Below, one piece after another: positions 26,131-39,319 of a stretch of 64,000 nt of DNA. The notes under the pieces are model-generated. The model was given only the letters and a program-made list of their open reading frames with translations, had not been told where the DNA came from and ran no database searches. Where the stretch lies: positions 54,808,001 through 54,872,000 of the forward strand of contig NC_043010.1 of NCBI RefSeq assembly GCF_006345805.1. The letters are read 5' to 3'. The translations under genes and the position numbers were made by a program. This stretch comes from Octopus sinensis. Lineage: Eukaryota. Every line of letters starts with the position of its first letter. The stretch's first letter is position 1.

Positions 26131-26583
26131 TTGGGTTGTCCGGAAAGTTCGTGCCGATTTTTAAAGGAAAGAAAAAGTTAAATAAATACTTGCCATTACA
26201 TTTTTAATCAAGCAAATATGAACCATTTTGTTGCACAATGCGTCTCCACCTTTCCTTTAACTTTAAAATACCCTCTTCCAAGAATTGAGGTGGTTTCATG
26301 TCAAAGAATTCATCAAGGTATCTTTTTACATCATCTAAGGAATTGACATTTTTACCATTAAGACTATTGTGCAGAGACCTGAATAAGTGGAAATCCGAAG
26401 GAGCAATATCTGGTGAATATGTAGGGTGGGGTAACACATCCCAGCTGAGCTGCAGAAATTCTTGTCTGGTTCCCAAAGCATAAAGTGCAGAAAATAAAAT
26501 TTTTTATCTTCCATTTTAAAGGGTTACAGAATTAACATAGGTTATAGGAACATAAATCGGCACTAACTTTCCGGACAACCCAA
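26131..26583 (-). mobile_element. Internally deleted mariner (Tc1/mariner) with both TIRs
   Basis: TIRs TTGGGTTGTCCGGAAAGTTCGTGCCGATTT / AAATCGGCACTAACTTTCCGGACAACCCAA, TA at the right flank; ORF 26204-26476 has WDVLPHPTYSPDIAPSDFHLFRSL (mariner YSPDLAPSD motif). Confidence 0.92.
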
Positions 26584-26611
26584 TATTATACAGAATCGCT
26601 TAATACAATTT

Positions 26612-26995
26612 GTGATATATAAGATGTGGTATCTCAAACCGAGAACTGTTCCTGTTATTGTGGCTGCCCTAGGTATGATAAGAAAGGGATGCCAACAGAT
26701 CTAGATAATTTCCCAGGCGACTCATGTCTCAGAGAAATCCAAAAGAATATGCTAACATGTATTGACCACATACTTCGAAAAACTCTATGCATTTAAATAT
26801 TTCTGTTTCTTTGTATTACATGAAGATGTTTCGCTACTGCGTCTGCCACTTCCACTCCTTAAGCTTTCAGTCATACTCAAATATCCGTTCTCTATTATTC
26901 GCTCTATGGGCGCCGGAGTGTCTCGGCAAGGGATTGTAACAAGTATGGAGATTAAAAGTAAATAATAATAATGATGATGACGACGATGATGATGA

Positions 26996-27032
<37 letters not shown>

Positions 27033-27058
27033 TAATAATAATAATAATAATAATAACG

Positions 27059-27110
<52 letters not shown>
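26612..27110 (+). mobile_element. R4/Dong-type RLE LINE 3' end with (AAT)n tail
   Basis: MWYLKPRTVPVIVAALGMIRKG / DLDNFPGDSCLREIQKNMLTCIDHILRKTL, 3' UTR, then (AAT)n at 26960-27110. Confidence 0.8.
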
Positions 27111-27112
<2 letters not shown>

Positions 27113-27131
27113 GCATGCACTGCTCTCTCAC
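27111..27131 (+). mobile_element. Extreme 3' remnant of element D inside (AAT)n
   Basis: TGGCATGCACTGCTCTCTCAC equals the 3' terminus of element D. Confidence 0.6.
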
Positions 27132-27147
27132 ATGATAATAATAATAA

Positions 27148-27282
27148 TGGAAAGTATTAGACAACTGAAAATAAAACGAAAAGCATGGTGCAGTAGATCG
27201 CAGGTAGTAATCCCACTACGCATGCAAGACCCCGAGGGAACTTACAAAACGTGTGAATAAGAGAAAATAATAATAATAATAT
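27148..27282 (+). mobile_element. 3' tip of the RLE LINE family seen at 13893-14530
   Basis: GGAAAGTATTAG...GCAGGTAGTAATCCCACTACGCATGCAAGAC...CAAAACGTGTG..GAAAATAATAAT matches the reverse complement of 13893-14005. Confidence 0.75.
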
Positions 27283-27595
27283 ATTGAATCCATACACACA
27301 AGCCCACAATTAGTGTAGGAGTTCGACAAAGCTGATTGGTCTTTATGTCATTGAAATGTGAGAGTTAAAGCGTAAATTTATTGTAATGAAATTTCATCCT
27401 AGGCGAAAATTAAATTGCGTAATTAAATTACTGCCACGTAGTGTTTTCCTTTTCCAAAATTAACAATATTGGCAATGATGTACAGCGATATGTTCTGGAG
27501 CAGTATAATTAAACGACCAAAACACACACACGCCAAGGGCGCACACACGTCCACACACATACACACACACACACACCACACACACACACACACAT

Positions 27596-27635
<40 letters not shown>

Positions 27636-28376
27636 AATTCATAATTAAGGGCAAACGAAAAAATTTCTAATGCCAGATATGCCGAAAAATTGGACATATT
27701 GTCCATTAACCATATAATGTTTTTCACAATATGCACGCTACTCGAAAAAAGGTCGACAGAAATTTCTAAAACATTCCATTATTACCATATCGGACCGATT
27801 TCAGGGTTAGCTTATAACAGCCCTCCCTTCGTCAGTGATACATGTGGCAAAAAGAAATAAATGAGATACTTACTCATACCCATGGAAGAAGCGAACGCTA
27901 AGTCATGGGCACAATTAAGTACCCCAAATACATCCAAAATAGAAATACTCCAGCCCATTCGAGAACGTGCGATTTGAACTATATATATACGATTTGTGGT
28001 CAACAACCTTCGTAACTCAAGTCGTGAATAATATAGATATAAGATATTTGTCATATCTCATTGAAAAAACAACAACAGCAAAATGAATAAATGCATGTTA
28101 TATCTACGTGCAATCTAATGCATACATATATAATGCATGTTATATCTATAGAGCTGATTTGAGAGAAAATTATTTTTAAATAAGCCGGATGAATTACGAA
28201 TTGTTTCGTGACATTACATAATCAAATTTTACGGAAAAAATTTCAACAACTACTGGATTAAACGGTTAAATTTAATGCGCCTAAAGAGGTTGCTGGCTTT
28301 CACTACTTAAATATGATCCATGATCACTAAGACACACAGGATGTTTTCAGAGGATTGCATTTTCGATACTATATTA

Positions 28377-28600
28377 TCTATATATATAAAACTGAAAATG
28401 TCTGTCTGTCTGTCTGTGTGAATCCCTAAAACATGAGAACTACACAACAAATTTCATTCAAATTTTACATATGCCTTACTTAGGGTCCATGTAGTGTCAT
28501 GAGCAAAAACACTATTTAACTTCTTGCCTAGGGCGGGCTCACAGCTATATCATATCTTCTCCACTATTTCAGTATTACATGTTAAAGGTGAAATAAAAAA
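28377..28600 (+). mobile_element. Non-autonomous Helitron 5' fragment
   Basis: A|TCTATATATATAAAACTGAAAATGTCTGTCTG.. resembles the start of the 63231 element; no CTAG 3' end found, so the right boundary is uncertain. Confidence 0.55.
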
Positions 28601-28787
28601 CGTCTCTCTATTGTATGTATATGGATGTATATGTACAGTCGAATATGTATATATGTATATATAGATGAACATGTAATATGTAAAATATGACTTCCACCGC
28701 TGCCACTCGCTCTGGGCGCCATTGAGGCGACTGTACACAGCTGCCGGCCCACAGTCGACGCTATGGCGACCAGAGCTCTTAGTGTAT

Positions 28788-28930
28788 GCTGTATGCTTAG
28801 CGGTATTTCGTCTGAGTTCAAGTTCCGCCGACGTGGACTTAGCCTTTACGACTTGCGTACTGGGGTCGATTTAATCGACTGGAAACCTCCCTCAAAATTT
28901 CGTGCCTTGTGCCTAGAGTAGAAAAGAATA
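28788..28930 (+). mobile_element. SINE family B fragment
   Basis: GCTTAGCGGTATTTCGTCTGAGTTCAAGTTCCGCCG...CTGGGGTCGATTTAATCGAC. Confidence 0.7.
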
Positions 28931-29120
28931 TTAAATTTAATATCGTCAATTGATTAGTGACATTTATTCTTAATCGTGAACCACAGTGTGCAATATTGGC
29001 TGCACTGAGATTTTAACGAAAGGCACAGAAATGAAAAATCGCGTGGATTCATTCTTTTATGCTTCTCGACCAATGCCGATACCTTATGGTGTAATATATT
29101 TTAGATATTGAGTTTGTTGT

Positions 29121-29410
29121 GGAGGCGCAATGGCCCAGTGATTAGGGCAGCAGACTCGCGGTTTCGATTCCCAGATCGGGCGTTATGTGTGTTTATTGAG
29201 CGAAAACACCTAAAGCTCCACGAGACTCTGGCAGGGTGTGGTGGCGACCCCTGTTGTACTCTTTCGCCCCAACTTTCTCTCAATCTTTCTTCCTTTTCTC
29301 GAGTAACGCTGCGATGGACTGGAGTCCCGTCCAGCTGAGGGGAACACATACGCCACAGAAACCGGGAAACCGTGCCCATGAGCCTGGCTAGCTCGAAACA
29401 GGGCGCATAA
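29121..29410 (+). mobile_element. SINE family C head with alternative tail type 2
   Basis: Family C head and core, then GATGGACTGGAGTCCCGTCCAGCTGAGGGGAACAC...GAAACCGGGAAACCG...GAGCCTGGCTAG...GGCGCATAAATAAA. Confidence 0.85.
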
Positions 29411-29529
29411 ATAAAATAAATAAAATAAAATATCGAGTTACTTATATCATGGGTAGATTTTTCTTATCTACAAATTAAACTAATCATGCACGTATTAGAA
29501 TACCACCGATTCACAGATATGTGAAGGTC

Positions 29530-29985
29530 GGAAAGCGGCGAGCTGGCAGAATCGTTAGCATGTCGGGTGAAATGCTTAGCGATATTTCGTCTGCCGTTAC
29601 GTTCTGAGTTCAAATTCCGCCGAGGTCGACTTTACCTTTCATCCTTTCGGGGTCGATTAAATAAGTACCACTTACGCACTGGACGATATAATCGACTTAA
29701 TCCCTTTGTCTGTCCTTGTTTGTCCTCTCTGTGTTTAGCCCCTTGTGGGTAGTAAAGAAATAGATATGTGAAAGTCGGTGAGCTGACTGAATCGTTAGTA
29801 CTCAGGACGCAATGTTTAGCGGCATTTCGCCCGCCGCTGCATTTTGAGTTCAAATTTCGTCGAGGTCAACTTTACTTTTCAACATTTCAGAGTCGATTAG
29901 GTACCAGCTACGCACTGTGGTCGGTACAATCGACTTAATCCCTTCCCCCAAATTTTAGGCCTTATGTCTACAGTAGAAAACATTA
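29530..29985 (+). mobile_element. Two adjacent SINE family B copies (second degenerate)
   Basis: Full monomer at 29530-29765; diverged monomer with head at 29772-29985. Confidence 0.8.
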
Positions 29986-30929
29986 TTAATAGATACGTGG
30001 TTTGATAAACGAACGGTAACTTGTGTAGTTTACATAACAATAAACGTATAAAAAAATCAAAAGAAAAAAAGCAACAATATTCCTTTCACTCAGAGCCAAA
30101 TCGTTCTTGCTTTGAAATCCCAGTAAATAGGAAGCATTAAAAGTTGTAAATATGGTTGTCCTATTACACATTAGAATGAATATGTGCGTTGCAATACAGC
30201 CATATAATAGCCAACTAAATGTATTCCAAGCTTTTCTATAGTGCATTGTTAGATGTTATTTCTCCAAGCCAATACAAGTAAATCTTTATGACATTTCTAT
30301 ATCTAATGGTGTCTGTTCCTACACAGCAACATTTATCAATGCAGACACTGTGAAACAGATTGAATTCCTAGAGACGTGTGCTTTTTCTCATTTCTTCTGC
30401 ATAAAGAAACAAAAAGCAATAAAAATTGAAGTAATACACGCATAGACAGACACACAAACTCACACACACATATACACCTAAACACATTCGCACATACACG
30501 AGCGTATGAAAATATCTAAACGGAAAATGAAGGAAAAAGAACATCGGAGAGGAACGGCAACATTAAACGGGAGGAAGAGCCAACAAATACACAGACAATA
30601 AAATTATATGAGATAAAATCGCAAACGTTTCTATACGTACATTTATTTTTTCCTTCTTTTCCACATTCTTGTGCATATAACTAACTGTATGTAAATTCAG
30701 TTTGTATGCCGTTCTACATTTATTGGCGGAGCCTTGAGAGAATCTTCACACAACATTGTACATTACTAGGTATGGATATGTCATTAATCATATTCATTTG
30801 TATTATATGGTCTACACTGCGGCGTTAAATTTAAAACGGTGAAAGATATTTAATATAATGAAATGTAAGTTAGTAACCTATTTTGTAATTCAATGCTTGT
30901 TCTAATCTTTAGCCAAGTATTTATTTACG

Positions 30930-31138
30930 CTTTACTCTCTTTTTACTCTTTTACTAGTTTCAGTTATTTGACTGCGGCCATGCCGGAGCACCACCTTTAG
31001 TCGAGCAAATCGACCCCGGGACTTATTCTTTGTAAGCCCAGTTCTATCGGTCTCTTTTACCGAACCGCTAAGTGACGGGTATAAACACACCAACATCGGT
31101 TGTCAAGCAATGCTAGGGGACAATGCTAGACAGACACA

Positions 31139-31208
<70 letters not shown>

Positions 31209-31380
31209 TATAGATATATACGACAGGCCTCTTTCACTTTCCGTCTACCAAATCCACTCATAAGACATTGGTCGGCCCGGGGCTATAGCAGAAGACACTT
31301 TCCCAAGATGCAGTGGGACTGAACCCGGAACCATGTGGTTGGGTAGCAAGCTACTTACCACACAGCCACTCCTGCGCCTA
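30930..31380 (-). mobile_element. SINE family A, full length
   Basis: Both termini present; internal (CA)n(TA)n. Confidence 0.9.
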
Positions 31381-31949
31381 TTTGTGTAGTAATAAATAAG
31401 TAAATTTCAGATTAGGGTTAGGACGAGTCTTATACTGTCAGTTCCAGACACAGAGTCCACGGTGTAGCTCATTCCGAAATATCATATATGAGTTCCCATG
31501 CCTAAGTTGCGGATATTTTAAAATAAACGAGGCATTCCGTTGCTGGAGTACAACATACCACCTGCTCCATAGATATCATTAACTGATTCCACTCAAGTGC
31601 GGGTACTTGGCACAAGACACCAATCTAAGGGCACCTTACACACTTCTTACCAGCAGTGTCGCGTAAATCGATATTTTTCTTCCTCCGTCTCTCCGACGTA
31701 AAGATTTTGTATGTGTAGTCTACGAGATTTACCTGCGTCCAAGAACCATAGAGGAAAATTGGTATTAAAACAAAGAGAAAACCTCCATCACGAAGTAAAA
31801 CAGAACGGTGCATGGTATATCAGGAGTACACGAAGGAAAAATGAGAATATTTTACATGACAAGCGTACACTCTTTCACAGCAAGAGCAGAAACATAGAAA
31901 CAAGAACAAACGTGTCTTTATCATAGAACTGACAGAAGGCTACACACTC

Positions 31950-32160
31950 TATGGCCGGCTCATAAGGGCCGTTTTCCCAGGTTCAGTGGGATATGAAATC
32001 CCCACCTGGACGGATTACTCATTTTTGCCAGGTGAGTGGACTGGAGCAACGTGAAATGAAGTCTTTAGCTCAACAACACAACGCGTCACTTGGTCCAAGA
32101 ATCGAAACCACACTCTTACGATCATGACTCCAACAATCTAACCTCTAATCCACGCGCCTC

Positions 32161-32161
<1 letters not shown>
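31950..32161 (-). mobile_element. SINE family E
   Basis: Reverse complement GGAGGCGCGTGGATTAGAGGTTAGA...GGTTTCGATTCTTGG...TTCATTTCACGTTGCTCCAGTCCACTCAC...; older relatives at 33382-33600 (+) and 50105-50242 (-). Confidence 0.75.
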
Positions 32162-32229
<68 letters not shown>

Positions 32230-32272
32230 ATATATGTATGTATATGTATATATATGTATGTATATGTATATG

Positions 32273-32303
<31 letters not shown>

Positions 32304-32308
32304 TATAC

Positions 32309-32344
<36 letters not shown>

Positions 32345-33276
32345 GATATATGTATGTATATGTATATATGTATGTATATGTATATATATATAGATATATA
32401 TATATATAATATATATAATATATAATATATATATATATAATATATAATATATAATGTTTGTTTTCATGTCCACTCCTAATAAAAGCAATTTCACATTAAT
32501 CTCACGGGTTCATGGGTTACTCGATACTGTTATAGAGTACAAATGTCGTTGACAATAATTCGAATGTTCTACCATTTCAGACACTATCTGTGTATGTGTG
32601 TTTTTCTTTGTATATATATATATGTACGCATATTTGTATATGTTTACCTATGTGTGTATATGCCTATGTGTGTATGCAGGTATATCACTATGTATATAAA
32701 TAGGTCTGTGAACGTGTGTGTTTTTGTGTATGTATATATTTCTGGGTGTGTGAGAGCGCATGCGACTATGCAGGCATAGTAGGCCAACCCACGAATATAG
32801 GCCATTTTAAACTGATGCAAAAATGTCACCTGCAGACTAAGCAGATAAAATATTTTCGGCAGCTGAATACAAATTGGACCATTTAGTCCTCTTGAGTGCT
32901 ATGTCTAATGACCAAAGAGCATTAGAATGGTTTCGTGGCATCGAGACATTATTCCAGACAACATTCTATGTTTTACAATAACGACTTATTTTATATAAAT
33001 GAATTGGTTCCTCGTAAAAACAAATACATGGGGTAAAGTACGGTGCTTGATTCAATTTGTGTGTGCAAGGAAAGTGTTCCCATCCCATATCAAACAAATG
33101 ATAATCAAATACGATAAAATGCCTATCGATAAATGTCAATGGCTGAAACTTCTATTGACCGCTAATGGAAATTTATATCTTGTATGGAATGCTAAATAAA
33201 GTAAGACACTAAACTGGGGTTTGAGAACGAAATATAATAAGAGTAGCCTGCATTTGTGTGTGTGTGTGTGTATGTT

Positions 33277-33316
<40 letters not shown>

Positions 33317-33381
33317 TGTGTGTGTGTGTGTGTTGTGTTTTTGTGTCAGTGTGTCAGTGTGTCAGTGTGTCAGAGAGAGAG

Positions 33382-33600
33382 TGAGCACGTGGTTTAGTGC
33401 TTAGATTGCCGCAATCATGACATATAGATTGGAGTTTCGATCCCGGGACTGCCCGATGCATTATGTTTCAGAGCAAAACATTTAATTTCAACATTCCTCT
33501 GCTCGCAAAAAAATGAAGACACCTTGCTATGGACCGTCTTGGGGGAGAATATATTGGGCACAGATTCCATGGAAACCGGCGTTATCTGCTTATGGCTCGA
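33382..33600 (+). mobile_element. SINE family E, degenerate
   Basis: GCACGTGGTTTAGTGCTTAG...GTTTCGATCCCGGG...GAGCAAAACATTTAATTTCAAC. Confidence 0.55.
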
Positions 33601-33869
33601 GAAGGAACTTTGTTTCATCCTCTCCTTATATATATATCTATGTATCTACCTATCTATCTGTATGTCTGTCTATCTACCTATCTATCTATCTATCCATCTG
33701 TCTGCCTGTTTATCTATCTATCTGTCTGTCTGTCTGTCTGACTGCCTGTCTGTCTATCTATCTATCTATCTATCTGACTGTCTAGCTATCTATCCCTCTA
33801 TATCTATCTATCTATCTATATATATATATATATTTATTTGTATATGTCTCTACATCTCCAGTGTTTATT

Positions 33870-34352
33870 AATCCTGGTATTTATTCTATCGGCTTTTGTT
33901 GCCGAACCACTAAGTTATGTGGCCACCACCACGACACCGTTTGCCAAGCGGTAGTAGAGCACCAATACAGACACAAAGACACACACATACCTATATATGT
34001 GGCTGGCGTGTTGTAGTTTCTTATTTCTTTATTACCAACAAGGGGCTAAACATAGAGGGGAGAAACAAGGAGAGACAAAGGGGTTAAGTAACTGTTACTT
34101 AATTTATCGACCCCGAAAGGATAAAAATCAAAGTCGAACTCGGCGGAATTTGAACTCTGAACGTAACGGCAGGCAAAAGCATTTCGTAAGCATTTCGCCC
34201 GGCGTGCTAACGTTTCTGCCAGCTTGCCGCCTTGCAGTTTCTGTCTACGAAATCCACTCACATGTCTTAGGTTGTCTCGCGTCTATTTCACGCAGTGGGA
34301 GTGAACACAGAATCATGTGGCTGGGAAGAATGCTTCTTAGTACACTGCCAAT
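33870..34352 (-). mobile_element. Old SINE A (33870-33990 and 34236-34352) interrupted by SINE B (34017-34232)
   Basis: Family A body and head pieces flank a complete family B monomer in the same orientation. Confidence 0.7.
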
Positions 34353-34883
34353 CAGATATATATTTGTATAATCCGAATACTAGCTAGTCAAGAAAATCGC
34401 TATGAGACATGAAAGCAGCATTCATACTGACAACTAGTGTTTGACTTCCTTCATCTCTTATACAGATTTTCTTGAGTAGCTAGTTTGCTTGCTGCAAGAC
34501 CAGTGACCGTATATCATTTAGTTTTCTATATACTGCGAGCAGGAATGAGTGAGTCCTATGTCTAGTGGTCGAGTATCCACCACTGACGATGACCACTGGA
34601 AGGTCAAAGCCATACGTTCTGATGGTCTCGGTGCTAAAATATTACGGACATTTCTCCTCGCTTGCAATATATATCGAGTGGTGTGTGCACTGCATAAGCA
34701 GCTGGAGGTTACAAATAGTAATATTGACGGTTGCTAGCGAACAGCCATGTTTAGTTCGCGTTAAACATTGCTTATATATTTCGTTTTTTGATTTGGCTTG
34801 TAAGATTCGTTATGTGAGTTCGTGTGTTGAAGCATATCCTGTTGTGTTTGGGGAGAGTCATTTTTTTTGTGTGCCTAATGATT

Positions 34884-35059
34884 TAACACACTCACCGGTA
34901 AAATTTCCACTTATTTCTTATTTTTATTATCCTAAAATTTTCGTTGCGTCTTGCAACATTTTCAAAAGTCTTGACTCTTGAAAAGGTTGCAAGACGCAAC
35001 GAAAATTTTAGGACAATAAAAATAAGAAATAAGTGGAAATTTTACCGGTGAATGTGTTA
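34884..35059. repeat. Inverted repeat (82-bp arms, 12-nt spacer) with diverged outer arms to about 34770-35160
   Basis: 34884-34965 versus reverse complement of 34978-35059: 3 mismatches by eye. Confidence 0.95.
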
Positions 35060-35809
35060 CATAATAAGGCCCAAGAAGAAAATGGCTCTCCCCAGACACA
35101 TCAGAATTGCTTATATAAATAAATACATATAAAAAAACACGTGAGCAACGACAAAAGAAGTAAACAGCAATGGTGTTGAAAATAGAGAACTGAATTTATT
35201 AAATAGCAGAGGAATGGTGCAGTTGCAATCAAAGCTCTAGGTTTCTTGTTAGTAATTGATGTGACACACGCTCTTCATCTTTAAATACAAGAAGTAGCGA
35301 CATGCTTATGTAGATACGTGGGTGGGTTGTTTGTGTATAGGTATAGGAATGTATACATAGAAGACGAAACGTGGCGTTTATTAATGCTCAGCATGAATAT
35401 AATCTCAAGAAAATACATTATATTTGAACTGAAAGGAATTCAGAGGTTTATCACGATCTCTAGTAGAGTTACGAAGTACGAGTGTTCCATTATAATCTTT
35501 GTAACAAACCTTTTAGGAGGTAGTTTACCTTTATAAATACTTTGAATGAGCACGAGAAAATATCGATATACACTGAGATTTCCGAAGAAATATACTATTA
35601 TGGTGTCTCACAAACTTATGGCTGTATATCCATAATTCTCTTCCCGTGTTCAGAATGTCAACTTCTCTTAATATCCACGCTTCCATATATTCTCGTATAC
35701 ATATACACAAACACCCACACACGTATATACATGCATACATGTGTGTATGTATTTATGCATAATTATATGTACATATATATGAATATGTATATATACATAC
35801 ATACATATA

Positions 35810-35849
<40 letters not shown>

Positions 35850-36418
35850 ACTGTTACATCGTATATGGGTTTAAGTTCCTAAGGAAGTTAATAAAAATGT
35901 TTGTAAGTGTAATAATATTCTTTTTCAGCTGTTTATTTAAAACGGAAACAGTTGTTAAATAGTAATTTCTTATCAGCCAAGAAGAAATACAATTTTGACT
36001 AACCAGCTGAGGCTCATTTTAAAGCCAGCATCAGGATTTTAACACTCATCTTGTTGCTGAAATATAACCATGGTGGCAACTTAGAAATCATGCTTGCGCA
36101 GACTTTATTTCCAGTGCCGTTCTAAGTTTCGAATAAATTTATCATTATAATATAATGTTAGAATTTTGCAAGCGTATGGTAAATATAAACTAACTGGTCA
36201 AATAACGATAGTTATGAAAATGCTGTGTCAGAAGTAGTCTAGAACAACAATGAATTAAACATTGAACGTTATATATTGGCATAGACAAACAGAACAAACA
36301 ACCACACATTTACACGAATAAAATTATACTTATACAAATACATAAGCACAAACCCACCATTATATACACACACATACACGTCTATTCATACGTATCTATA
36401 AATTATACATATATATAT

Positions 36419-36450
<32 letters not shown>

Positions 36451-36774
36451 ATATATATATATTCATGTATACATGTGTATGAGTGTGTATCTGCCTGTCT
36501 CAGTGATTCTGTGTAAATAATTAGCTATGTATATACGTTATGCATATATGCCAAATATGTTTACAATATATAGTTTGCAGAGTTTAAAATGTAAAGTGGT
36601 TTACGAGAAACATTGAATATGATTTACACGTCTGATTGCTTTTGACATTCAACCATTTCTCACTCCATTTTTCATAGTTATTGCTCTTGTTCATATTTCC
36701 CTGTTTCATTTACTTACGCTTCGCATCTGAATGCATTTCCGTTCCTTTTTTTTTTAATCATGAAACTATTGTTT

Positions 36775-36777
36775 TTA

Positions 36778-36856
<79 letters not shown>

Positions 36857-36876
36857 CATTATTATTGTTAATAGTA

Positions 36877-36917
<41 letters not shown>

Positions 36918-37130
36918 AATAATAATAATAATAATAATGAAAATAATAATAATAATAATAATAATGATAATAATACTATTAATAACAATAATAATAATAA
37001 TAATAATAATATTAATAATAATAATGATAATAATAATAATAATAATAATAATATTAATAACAATAATAATAATAATGATAATAATATTAATAATAATGAT
37101 AATAATAATAATAAATATAATAATAATCAA

Positions 37131-37182
<52 letters not shown>

Positions 37183-37195
37183 TTAATAATATCAT
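36775..37195. repeat. (ATT)n-(GAT)n-(AAT)n compound microsatellite
   Basis: Direct inspection. Confidence 0.95.
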
Positions 37196-38002
37196 CATCA
37201 ACATATTCCTTATAATAATCGACTTTGTCGTTGTTGCTGTCGTTGAAATCGATGTTGCTATATTTCAATTTATTGTATATTTTAGACTCCATATTTAATA
37301 TTGCATGATATATCATTGCTATTATCATTATTATTTTTGTCGTTCGTCTTCTTCTTCTTCTTCTTCTTCTTCTTCTTCTTCTTCTTCTTCTGCCCTTGCA
37401 GATTTTTTAAAAATTTATTGTATATTAAACGTATTATATTTATTATTCGTTCGTATATCACATTCCTCCTTATTATTATTTTTGTTATTACCATTACTAC
37501 ATTATTTTTAGTATTAGTATCTGTAACAATACGTTCCTGTTACTATTTAAATGCGAAAACCGTGCGTTGTAAATCATTTTAAACTGTATTACTTTGTATG
37601 GGAATTACGAATCGACAACAATGAAAAGTAGTCTCGTAAGAAAAGTAGATAGCCTAGAAAGAATCATTGATAGGTAGACAGGAAGAAGGATTTCAAGCCA
37701 GTGTCGTATTCTGTATAGAAAGCATGTAGATATAAGAAGCATTACGTTAATATATATGTCAAAATCAATATGCAGTTCTTTTGTAGAAGCGAGACGAAAA
37801 TCGTATGTCAAAATATATTACATTGTGTTTGTGTATGTATATGCATGTATGTATATATGTATATATATATATCAATATGTGTGTATATATATATACATAG
37901 ATATGTATATATATATATATGTATGTTCATATATATATACACATGCATATATATATATATATTATATATATATATATATATAGATATAGATATATATATA
38001 TA

Positions 38003-38042
<40 letters not shown>

Positions 38043-38063
38043 CATGCATATATATAATATATA

Positions 38064-38121
<58 letters not shown>

Positions 38122-38664
38122 TGTATGTATTTATATGCATATATGCATATATTGGTATATATGAATACATAGTATACCACCATATTATATTTGCATAATT
38201 AGTGTGAATGTATGTGTGTGTGAGTGAGTGTGTGCGAAAATTGGCAGGAAAGAGAAAGAAATATAGGTTGTCTGGTAAGTATACTAGAATAGCTTAAGAG
38301 CCTGACTTTAATTGTCTACTTTGCTATTATTTGGTATAAATTTGAGAGTCCGTACGATCGTATCAAAAACAAAGTGAGCACATACGTACGCATATGAACG
38401 CGTATATAGTTAAGCATATACACACACACACTCACACATTCATATATATGTAAGTGCATGTATACAATGAAACATACATGTATCAAAAATTAAGTGGGTG
38501 AGTCTCTAGAGAGATGTCTAGTTAGAACGAGAAGAATATAGAAGGTAAGCTGAGAGAGAAAGTGATTCGTAGATAGACAGATAGATATATAGATAGATAG
38601 ATAGATTGATTGATAGATAGATATATAGATAAATAGATAGATTGATTGATTGATAGATAGATAA

Positions 38665-38762
<98 letters not shown>

Positions 38763-39319
38763 TGTTTAATAGATAAATAGACAGAAAATCAGTTGTATGG
38801 TTATTTATAAAGGAAAAGATAGACTTTTGAGTATAAGTTTGAATGACATATTCCTAGCAAGAGTTGAAGTATATCTCCAGAGGTGAATGTCCTCCTTCAA
38901 GATATATTCCTACCTACATTCATACATACACATACACCACGCACTCATACACACACACGCGTGCGCACCCACACACGCATACAAACCTCACACTCAAAAC
39001 GTATAATGAACAAACAACCCCGGCAATTCTTCTGCGATAATTAGTTTCTCTGACGTAGCTATTCTTTCGCTAGGCTGATTTTTATGAAATTCCTTTTATT
39101 TTCTCGCTTCATTTTTTTTCTTACTTTTAAATAGTTTGTTTCTTTTTTTGTTTTTTAAATGAATTCACTGATGATAGGTTTCCATGGACAGAATCCAACG
39201 AATTGCTTACGGCGTTAGTGATTTACAATAACGAGACCAATCCACCAATAATATGTCATAAAGTGTTGTTCTCTGAAGAACCTTGTCGTTGAAAGCTTTA
39301 AAATCAAAAGAAATTGGAC

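Noticed and set aside
27880-27978. 99-nt open minus-strand segment with ISILDVFG, reminiscent of the myosin ILDIFGFE motif
   Set aside because: The acceptor lacks a pyrimidine tract and the flanking residues do not follow the myosin motif; likely chance.
29121-29180. tRNA-like sequences with A/B boxes
   Set aside because: They are SINE heads that continue into SINE bodies; no complete cloverleaf with an acceptor stem was found.
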